Shown: positions 53,131 through 64,000 of the stretch, in pieces
Position numbering within the stretch: position 1 is the first letter of the stretch
How the letters are laid out: the number at the start of each line of letters is the position of its first letter
Assembly (NCBI RefSeq): GCF_031769215.1
Contig: NW_026782401.1
Coordinates: 186,001 to 250,000 of the forward strand
Source: Ylistrum balloti
Taxonomy: Eukaryota
Reading direction: 5' to 3'
DNA: 64,000 nt
Program-made: the position numbers and the translations under genes
The notes under the pieces: generated by a model
Seen by the model: only the letters and a program-made list of their open reading frames with translations
The model's database searches: none
Told to the model about the DNA's origin: nothing

Positions 53131-55434
53131 ACACATCTGTTTGGCAAACACTGCATGCTGTATTATCACCTCTCAACTAAATTATCGTTCAAGTGGATCA
53201 ACAGTGGAACAACATCCGTCTAATTCCGAACTCCATAGAACACCGTCATCCGATCCCAAAAATTTGATTTAGTTTCTTTTACCTACTTCCGTTGATAGTT
53301 GGTTGATGTAACAGACACTGATGACGATGACCTAAAGGCCAACAATTCAATTTGCATGTTGTTGTGAATGTATGATAATAGCCTATCAGTAACGCGCGAC
53401 TCATTAACGCTTCCGTGTCCCTGCCCTTGTAATACTGAGGTACTTGAGAGCGTCTTCTTTGCGTTTGATGCTGTTAAATAGACGCTTGATTTCATGAGGT
53501 GCCGAGCTAACAGCGATATACTTGTCTCGTCAAGTTTTTTCATCACATAATGTAACCGCGACTTTATGTTTAACGGAGCGTTTTTATTTGGATGTATGTT
53601 TGCAATTTATTGCAGAGTACGTATACATATTGTAACTATGATAACACTCTGTATACTAAATCGAATATCAAATAGAATCCGAATAGATTTACTATGATAA
53701 CGACAAAGTATTCCGAATATTAAATACCGTTGCCTGTAAATTAAGACTATAGAAAGAAACGCACGATATTTCTCTAAAACATTTGTACTTTACATACTGG
53801 AATACATATACTGCTTAAGAAAAAAGATTACGTGCAGAACATTGTCACTTTGGAACACATTATCTTATTTCATTTATTAAAACCCGATGCTAATATGTAA
53901 CGGTTTTTGGTAAATTTATCCCATGTCGAATTGTAACAATAACTGTATATTTGTATTGTCTGTATTGTAATGCCATTTAAAATGTATATTGGGAGAAGGC
54001 GTTGATAAGCAATGACTTGTGCCTAATCCCTTGTCTATCTTTTGGCAATAAACATGTTTAAACTAAACTATATTCTTTGTTAGATAATACATCGCAATTT
54101 CCGCTTCACCTGAATGTTTGAAACCTGAGTATCCTATCAAATTATTCATACGAAGGGGGGCTATTAATGTATCGTATGCTTACTAGACCTGGCGAAGTAA
54201 TACAGACACAGTGTGATCTAGTAAAACATTTCTTATAACATATCAAGAAGACGTATATATATCTCTCTTTTAAATTAAAAAAAAAATCAGAATACATACA
54301 TTCCCATCATTTGACTCTACTTCCGCATGGCTGTATAACACAACGCATTATTCTCCCCGGCTTATTGATGTAATGAAAATGTCCATAACGAGTTAATTTA
54401 CAAAATAGTAGTAAAAGTCAGATTTAATATCTGAAATGTTTTTGATGTTCTTTAAAACGATGGCTCATTTACATATACTAACCAACGGGGATCAATGACA
54501 AATGAGTATTTTTTCGTACCGAAAATGTCACGTGTAGTTGTTAGAAGGATAGACCCCTATGCCCTTGTCAAATATGTCTTAGTACCTGGGTTTTACCTGA
54601 AGGGACAGGTAGACAATCGATACAACCCACCTTTGTACCTTTATAATCATCGCAGTTACTTTGCATAGAAAATTAATCAATTTATTTTGACTACACGTGT
54701 TGTATGCAAAAGCTATCATCTTTATATGGAAACGTCTGGGATATAATTTTGAAATAAATGCATTTCATTTCAGGCTCTCTTCTTCGTAATCTAACATTAT
54801 CATATATCTATGCTCCATGTGAAAAGTAAGTTAACAGACCAAAATCGAGACAAAATGGGGCTCCACGGCCTATTAAATGATCCGACCCGCATAATACGTT
54901 TTGATATATTCCCATTTCCGTCGAAATGACACAAGCCAAGCCGATCTTTGTCAGTGAGGAAAAAAAACTGAAACCAAAACCTCTTATCATTATTAAAATT
55001 TACCGTATTTTCAGTCGTTGCTTGAATCAACCCATTCGACCTTTCTATCCTTATGTCTCTCCCTCTCTATTTATTTCTCTCTACCTTGCTACAGTTGTAA
55101 TTTCGTCGTTCTCTCATGACACATTATCAATGTCCTCTACTTCATTTTCCTTTCCCTCCTTTATACAGTACATATAAAAAACTATATTGCTTGTCCTCTA
55201 CACTTATCGTTCATTTCAGAAAACATATTCTATTTAACACTTGCGGGCGCATCTCGTTATCAGACGTTCATTTAAATACACGAAATAACTCTGGAATACT
55301 TGCAAGACGATAAATGGATACTGTATGTAAATTCTGTAATCTCTGGATAGAAGTTGAAGCCGTCCTGTCTGGAGAGAAACGGATGTCTTCATAATTACAC
55401 TTAAGTAGTTAGGTGACATTTCAAATTTATGAAA

Positions 55435-55480
55435 GCAACCTTACCCTTGCGTGGTCCATTCGTCCGTCTGTCTGTATCAT
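55435..55480 (+). mobile_element. Possible Helitron/Helentron-type (HINE) 5' fragment with GTCC/GTCT microsatellite
   Basis: TTACCCTTG...GTCCATTCGTCCGTCTGTCTGT resembles, from memory, the start of bivalve HINE-like repeats. The fragment is short. Confidence 0.3.
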
Positions 55481-58400
55481 GGTTGGCGGTAAACCATTAA
55501 TACTGGGATGAATTTCACATTAAATTCATAGCCTTTAACACCGGTAAAATTCATATTATATGTAAGATAGCGTAGCGTTAATTTCTCCTGTTACATTAGA
55601 GTTATATATTATTTAGCCATGGAAAATATAATTGGTATGGAAATCAGGCTCGAGACTCTATGCATATATGTTGCATTACCTATGCTTATAACATTTGAAA
55701 AACCTCCCGAGTAATAGATGTTCTAAGGGTTATTATCAATATATTGATTCGTAGATTGTAAATTTAACCAAATGTATTTATTTTTTCATATGTATTTTTG
55801 ATCAAAAGGCACAGTTTTGATTATGTATTTCGGCTTCCAAAAAGAAACGTATGCCGGAAAAAAGAAAATCTTTTGTGCAACGTCAGCTCATGTATCTAAC
55901 ACTTACAAAAATGGCGGGGAAGTCATATTTTAGGGCAATAACCAAAATGGTTTAAAGGTATACATCTTTATATAAGAGGTTTTCAAAACACGAATGTATC
56001 CTTACTAATCAGTAGTCCCATATATCCACTTTGACTTTTTATATAAATATGGTCGGTATCCAAGAAAAGTCTGATCGTCATAGAGGCCATGAAGACAGGC
56101 GATACTATATTGATAGATCATATAACAAGTTTTGCTTGGTTCGGCAATTATCATTGAACTGATTATGAATACACGTGCGGAATTAATATTCAGTTATCGT
56201 CAAATATCTGCATAAATTGCTCATTATATTAATCTTTTTAAACGTTCAACATAGTTTTAGATGTATCAATCGATAGTCACTGTTTTGAAGCATATAACAA
56301 ATAAATAGCTACAATCACGTCTAATTTGAATATGTATATGTATAAATCTTGTAATATTCAACATAGATGCGTCGTATGTGCAAATTCTAAACAGCTGTAT
56401 AGTGTCAATTTAACAATGAATTTCGGAATAATTTAACATTTAAAATATGTAAATATATAAGATATGTGTCAAAAAGGAATTCATTATAGAAGCACTTCGT
56501 TTGTCAGTTTGTGCTTTTTGGCACAATTCAAATTATTTTATTGCTTAATAATGATGCGATTCAATGGGGGAAAAGACAAAAATTTACAATTTACAACTAA
56601 AAGAAGAAGAAGGAATTATAATGTGTTTGATAAAATGAAACACACACTTAAAGTTGTCATAGGACAGAAATAGCAGCCACATTGTTCTGAATTATGTGAC
56701 ATGTATTTGATGTAATAGACGAGGCTTGATATGTTACTATCAATGTATTACGTTGAGTGTTAACTTACCGGACTCATTTTATACTCACAACCTAACAGGC
56801 GGCGGATAAATACCAAACTTTTATTTGATGTAGATCTAAGACGTTTTATGGACAAAAATAAAAGTTAAATTGTCGGTTTTAGCGAGTGTATTTCCGTACT
56901 GGTCTCACCGTAGTCGGCGCCGTATAGAATAGAATAGACTCCCCTATGGATTCTAGTGCACAGTTAACGATATTTTTATGTCTTAATGGCGGGGTTTCAA
57001 CAACAAAAACTTTCAAAGTGTTAAAATGATCAGACTGTTTGCCCTTAAATCTGAATGGTGATTTTATTGGCGGTGAGTTCTGTATGCTTAGGTGTAAACT
57101 GGTGACTTCAAAGTCCCTGCCCCGTGCTGACTCCCAGTACGAAATAGTGTTGCCTTTTCTCTGTTTTATATGTATTGGTTTTTTATATTCCTCGCCTCAT
57201 TTTATGAAGACTTTGAACCTAAATCGACATATATCATGTTTTAAACAAGCTGGACAATCCGGCAAATGAATTCGAATTTTATCTTCCTGGGATAACCTTT
57301 TACTCTTTGTGGGGATTAAATATCAAGCATGGTGTGTTTCGTTTTATTTTGAATCTAATCCTAGGATATTGGAATTGTGTCGACCCACAAGGTCAAGTCT
57401 GTCAGACCGGAAGTACGACTTGATACTGGGGTTTCTCTTGTGAATGCTCGCCAGCTATGGGAAAAACACAATGATATACACCAAATACTAGAAATAATAA
57501 TTATTCTTTGACTAAATCAAACATCTTCATCTACATTTTAAAAAAATCCCTTTGAATATGCCAATTCATTCCTTACGGCAAAATCAGACCTTCAAGAACA
57601 ATGCGCAAAATTCACACTGCTCTGGTCGCACAAGTCATTTGGCAATGTTTCATTGTACAACCAGTTATTAAGAAGAGTCAGTAGGAATAAGGTATAAGGC
57701 CATGCTATGATACAGTGGTATCAATGTCAGAACTTCACGGAGACAGTCCATATAGTACGTACTAGAAGTCTCATTTTTTGTACTTTACAGTACTACACTA
57801 ACATCCATGTCAAAACACACGACTAAAAAAAAAAAAAAAAATCCCAACTAGAAATATTCGACTTGCTACCGTGATTGTATAAAAATGTATTTTTTTTTTT
57901 ACCTGAAAAGATGATCTTGTTATAAATGATTTCCAATTTCTATTATGATATGTTTATTTCGGTCAGATTCGGAACAGGATTGGGATTCATTGAAGTGGTA
58001 AATAACCCAGGGTGATTGATCAATATATGAAATAAGACAAGTAGTCTGTGTTTAATTAAATGATCATATCATTTCTACATTCCGAGTTACATGAATTGCA
58101 CAGACGATATATGCTATTCCGGATCATTGAATAGTCATCCCATTTGAAATTTAGAAATATTTCAAAAAAGAAAAGCAATTAACTAAGGGACATTTTGAAT
58201 TAACTGTGTGTGTCTGGTTTTTTTTTCAAAAATTCATTATATCAAAAAATGTGAGAGCGTTTCACAGAATGATCTGGCTATTAATTGCGTGACTAATTCA
58301 AAAATGAAAAAAAAAATCAGAATATGTATTTTTCTCAATTTGTAAAAAAAAAAAGATAAATAAATGAATAAAAAATGGAATTAAAGATACTATCACTGAA

Positions 58401-61331
58401 GACGTTTTATATCATACTTGTCTGGTATCGTAAAGAAATCTGCCCCAGAACGCCCGGGAATGTAAAGGAAGATAGGAGAATGTTTCCATCTTTCATGATA
58501 AACACGAATCTACATGTAATATAAAACTCCTTCTTCACAACATCTGTTTTCAGATTGTCGTGTATGAACAAAGTTTCCCAAAGACATTTCAATTTTGCAA
58601 GTAAGAATCAGCATTTTGAGTATTCCTGTTTATGATAAAAATTTTCATGGATGTGAAAAATGGAAACAGGACGATTGGGATTTTTAGCGTTGAGCATATT
58701 TACTCTTTAATTGATTGAGAACTTTTCGCTAAAACATCAATTACATCGACAATTAGACTAACTACAACATATGTATATAATAACGCGCATCTATATTGTT
58801 TCCATGACCACAAGAGATAGGGAGTAAACAAGCAAGCGTTTTTATGAATTAGACAATGACAAAATTAGTGACAATCAAGCATCGTCGTGAATTAAGCACT
58901 GACAAAATTAGTTACATATCTTATGAAATTGTTGGATTTGTTAAAAATACAACCCTCTTGAAATTATACGTTTGAAATAATTATATGCAAAGATTTTGTT
59001 TCTATTTGGAATTAAATCAGATAAAACACGCAAATATAGAATCACGTATACTTAATTTCTGCAATTAAATCTTTTAATGACAGGAATTGAATATATAATC
59101 GATTCAGGGATATACATGTCGGGTACTTGGACAAATTGGGTATAATTTTGTGTGAGTTAATGTCGACTGAGTGACTATAAAATGTAATTGATCTGTGTGG
59201 TACCTAGTGATGGTAGCGAATGGTTCAGTCCAGACAATGGACACGATAGAAGACATGATATATCATGCAAAACAAATCAAATATCAGCTCTGTTCGATAA
59301 TTTTCTCTGAATTAAAATTGCATTTGCGAGAGCTTGTAAATTTCGTCAAACAGCCAGGTATCTTTCCTTTGAAGTTATTGAACACACAACACCGGATTTT
59401 CACAGAAAAAAAACACCAATGTAGCTCCGGTCGTTAGTATCTACCCGCTTGTCACGTGATTGGAATCCCTACAGACCGGAACAAGAAACAAATGCCTCAT
59501 GAACACACACCGGAGCCTTTTCCCTAGGGAGTCTACTGTTAGATTGAAATACTTTTCATTAAAATAAATAACATAATTCATGTAATATCGAATGGCTTGG
59601 GTGGTATAGCTGATTGCCAGAGGACAAAGGCAGGTAGAGATCTTAATGGGGAATATCTAACACGTAACATAGCATCATGAAATGAATTAGGGATGAGCAA
59701 TCTATCTCATAATAGACCTGCATTAAAAATGCTTTGATTTATAAGAATGTTCGAACTTCACCTTGAATAGTTATTAAAGATTATACATTGGAATTAAGAA
59801 TCATTCGCAGATCATTCGACCGCACATTCGCCATACATTTATCAAACCCCGACTCTGATATGGGTTTTCCTTTTATAATTCGCCTTTCTCGGTTTCATGG
59901 ACGGGAGGGAATTGTGTGACTAGGTGGCCTTCGTCAAAGTTGTTCTCATTTGTCCTCTAAAAGACAAGGACGTGAGATATCGCCCATTGACGACAGTCCG
60001 TTTTTTGTGAAGATGACAAGCTGATTATTTGTTTACAGATGACTGTGGGGGTTATATGGGGACGACTTGTGTATAACATACAAAACCAGCAGACGGACAC
60101 TGTCACACAGGTCGCTCAGGGCCATCAGCCCTTCACGCCACCGTCATTGTCAAGGCTCGTCAAAACCTGGTTGATGCGCCTTCCCATGTTTACATTGTAA
60201 CTAGCGCGTCTTTCCGGGTTTTATTGAAATATTTCAGTATGTTTTGTTCGTTTTTTTATTAGACATAAGTGAAATAGATAAAAGATTAGCGATTTATAAA
60301 TTGAATTATTTTGGGAAAATACAGCTGTGTCTTTTGTATGAAAGTAATTAAGGTTCTGAACCGGAAATGTACTGTACAAAAGTAAAAGTAGGTCCGGAGC
60401 AGGTCGCCACCTCCCACGTCATGGTAATCGATCACTGGCTGCCTGTAATTGATAGATTTTGTACCTTTATCAGCAATGCTAGTTTTTATGCTGGTGACAA
60501 GCTATAAAGTGATCGGGGGTGAGGTAGGGACGATCCATCAATCTACAAGTATGTATGACCAAAACACCATCGTTACTTAAACACAGAAATCTTTGGGAAA
60601 TCTCACTCACTAATTTCGTCGATCATTGATGTGAGCATGTTACATTAAAATACTCGCACATAGGTCTACAGATATTCAACATTAGTATTGATTCTGCTAA
60701 TTATACTTATGTGTTAAAAACAACAGCTCAATTTTCGGAGTTTTTTGAAAACCGAACTTTTAATTGCCAAAATCAACAAACTACATTAGTCGATCAATGA
60801 CAATAAGTCATTATTTGAAACACATGTATGGTTTTATAACGCGATAATTTCGTTCTTTTTTATCATTAAAATTTGTCATTGTACGTACAAAGACTGGGAC
60901 GAGGTCCAACATCTCTGTGAAAAGATTAAAATCATCATTGATCTTTCAGCGCCTGACTACAAAACGCACTTTGCAGATAATGACTAACGGCTATTAAAGA
61001 TCCCTTGATTTGCTATGAACGGACCAACAATATCAGAGAATCAACAACATTCTGAAGGCTCTCTTAATCTTAATTCATCCGTGCTACAGCGAGGAAAATT
61101 GTGTGATGATGGTTCCGTATATTAGTGCCCGTGTGAGCGACGGAAGCATTGCGAGTTTTTTTTTTATGTAATTATTGTTTAGTTGAAAAATTGCTTCGCC
61201 TCAAGATTCGGCTACCAAACCACAACTGGTAAAACAAAGGTAGACCACACACGACACAATCATAAAACAGTTATTAATTTCAAATATAATTTATGCAAGC
61301 GTTAATATGTACTTTAAACCAAACCTACGTG

Positions 61332-61902
61332 TGAACTTTGACCTTCTGTTATTGTCAAACTTACGGTCGTTTGACCTAACAAGATATAACTTTTTATTTA
61401 CTTTTAAATGGAATATACCTTGCCTAGTCTGTTTTGACAGCTATATATTTGTGGACAGGGATTGATGACGCGTCAGCTCATGGGTTCAAGGTTCAATGAC
61501 GTTATACACACAAACTGTTTTAAGTCTATTAACATTTTTATATAGAAGTTGTTACTATTATGGTAATTAGTAACGTTAAAGATATGTTGGTATTTATATT
61601 TCTGATCGTGTATAAATTCATTTTCATGTTGATTACGTCAACGCGAAAGAATTATTTAGAAATTCAATTATTGTGGTCACAATGGTAGACATTGCTTAAG
61701 TTTGCAGAATCAGTCTCCCATTAATTTGCTATGCTTATCATATTTTGAAAACAAGTTTCTAGTCTGCTGTTTCATAACATTTACATATTTATCATAAAAT
61801 ACCTATAATTTACGAAAATCGACCAAAAATATGCATGCAATGTCAAAGTAGACAACCAATCGTCTTCATAATTCAAGTGAAGCAGAATATGACCTTTGAC
61901 CC
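61332..61902. promoter_or_regulatory. Cluster of three perfect DR1 nuclear-receptor elements
   Basis: TGAACT-T-TGACCT (61332-61344), GGTTCA-A-GGTTCA (61483-61495) and TGACCT-T-TGACCC (61890-61902). Confidence 0.45.
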
Positions 61903-62212
61903 ACCGCGTTGCTAAGATGTACATTATGACGGTGACCCTCTCTTAATGACAGGAGGGCATGACAGTCTATGTCACCACAAGGCGCCATCACTGATGAGTA
62001 GCTCCACCACTCACTTCATAATGAATCGTTCTCATTAAGAATTTTTTGTTTCACTTCAAAATAGATAAGTAAAAAATAATTAGACGTTGTTCGATAGGTG
62101 ATTTGCTGTACCTACCGCAAGGGACCTGTCGTGGTATGGTAACCGTCAGAAGTTGACTGATACGTCACAACAAAGATGTCTTTACTGTCAGTCTGATCAA
62201 CCATCAGGTTGT

Positions 62213-62282
62213 TTTTCGTGAGCTTCGTTATCAGTAAAGCACCAAATTATACGTTCGTCCAGGGTTCAAATCCAAGCGAAAG
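62213..62282 (+). pseudogene. tRNA-like relic or tRNA-derived SINE head
   Basis: B-box GGTTCAAATCC at 62263-62273, GCTT/AAGC D-like stem, and TTTCG/CGAAA acceptor-like pairing over ~70 nt. The anticodon arm does not fold and the T-stem is incomplete. Confidence 0.3.
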
Positions 62283-64000
62283 ACCTTAGACATAGATTTT
62301 TATCTAAAATAGTGGAAACTGTCTGATGTTTAGCTTCTCTAAATAATCAGTTTGTCAGTACGAACATGGTAATTCGTGATTGTAACTGGTTCATTTGGAT
62401 AAATTGAAACCTTTTTGAAACATGGCGATTTGTGTTTCTCAGAAATGAACTAGTCTGCGATGTCCTATTGTATCTTACTATCGTTGGATAAAGTTGCGGG
62501 CGCAAACCTTTTGCGTTCTTCATTCAAAAGCCTGAATAACCCCTGATAAGTAATCAATATAATGGCAAAGTAGACTGTGGTTAATTGTCTTTACATTGAT
62601 CGAAACAAAGAGCATAGGATTTCCTTCCTTTATACATCTATAAACATCCATGGCTATACAATATATGATACAAGGTAATGACGGCTATGATATCAATCCA
62701 TGTCTTGTCAGTTGACAGAAACATCGACAACATTCTACGATAACGATACCAAGATATCTTCAACAATTTTCAATGGAACTGTTCTATATTTAATGAAATG
62801 TCATATAAAAAATATTTTTCATTTATAATGAGAAATACGACAGCATGGTTGCCGCTATTTGTCGCCATTGATACACGCACGGGGTGATTAGTATAGCATT
62901 GCCGACTTTTACGATCGTTGCAATACTATCATGGAAATAAATTTCATAAAAACCTGTTACCCATTGTGACATGTTTTTATGTCTCTACTCAGTTTCTGAT
63001 TTTCCAACCGTTTTGATTAAGAAATTGAAATATTATACTTTTTTTTGAAACCCGAACACGGTCTGTGTCGTAATGATCATTGATGTTTGAAATGAGAACA
63101 GGCTTATATCTTACCTAGAGTGACAAAGCAATATCGATTTTTCACAAAAAGCTATTTCAATTAATTTTCGTAATTTACAATATTTCGATTTTTCCCCGTC
63201 GACGTTACTGCACGTGTATGTTACAGGCAGAGCAACGGTCCTTAGTTTAAGGTGTCTCAGTGCTAGTTGTCATCTAAAGAGAATATGAAAGTGGACACCT
63301 TCAATTGAATAACAGATAAACGTCTATGTGTATTTAATTCTAAACGTAAACTTGATGTCTGTTGTGGCAGGAAACACACATTGCACATCTTGAACAAAAG
63401 TCTATAATGTATTAACACAGGATTCTGCTATATCATTCTTTCAAACGTGATTCACATTCCTATGACAGGTAAGTTTGCGACTGTGCGCAATTTTTCTCGC
63501 CCAACGTTCTTTTTATTTTCATTGGCCACTCTGGAATATCACGTGACTTTGAAATATAAAGAATAGAGCTGCAGTGCTATTTGATTCTTTGAATGTCGTC
63601 AAGATTTTGATGAAAATGGATATTCTTTATTCAGGTTAGGTTGTAAGGATGGTTGTATTTTATTCATACACAAATCTAGAGGCGGAGCCTACCTTTACTC
63701 AAATATATCTATTTAGTGTTACATGTGGATCTACCCAACCATCAGACACTCAGTTCTGTTCTTTTATTCAAGTTGCTCTATCTAAAACCCATTAACTGCG
63801 AACGGGATCGATTCTCTGTAGTAAGTGTGTGCGCATCAGTGACAATCACCGTGTTCGTCAGACAGCCTTATTTCTTATCCCTGTGTATCTTTCATTCAAA
63901 CGCTTATTATACTTCCATTGCCGTTTACCTCGACGTCGTCTCTGTGTAAATTATCCCAACAAAGAAAATGTCAACATTAAAAAAAAAAAAAAGATACAAA

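Noticed and set aside
53283-53546. 87-aa ORF as a gene
   Set aside because: GTG start, no recognisable domain and no supporting splice structure.
602-63949. Remaining 60-110 aa ORFs in the track
   Set aside because: Most use alternative starts and have the F/I/L/K/N-rich composition expected from random AT-rich DNA, with no domains.

Overview
AT-rich (about one-third GC by eye), largely non-coding animal genomic DNA. It is most likely a bivalve mollusc; several repeats recall Mytilus-type elements, which is my recollection rather than a search result. The only convincing gene is the homeobox exon of the lophotrochozoan posterior Hox gene Post1 on the minus strand (35232-35527). I could not confidently locate its upstream exon(s). 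Downstream of Post1 (1-31 kb) are decayed retroelements: three relics of one Penelope-like (PLE) RT family and a CR1-like LINE relic. The same side holds a Tc1/pogo-type TIR, a 108-bp duplication, a 36-bp minisatellite and a ~32-bp array. The most distinctive observation is two mutated copies (8127-8174, 9959-10006) whose complementary substitutions reconstruct a nearly complete minimal type I hammerhead ribozyme with a palindromic stem III. Around and upstream of Post1 lie GC-richer islands with non-random motif content: a CRE/E-box cluster just 3' of the stop, a perfect DR2 element, three perfect DR1 elements within 570 bp, G-quadruplex motifs and CTCF-like sites. There are no prokaryotic systems, CRISPR arrays, rRNA or intact tRNA. 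Most short ORFs in the supplied track look spurious.
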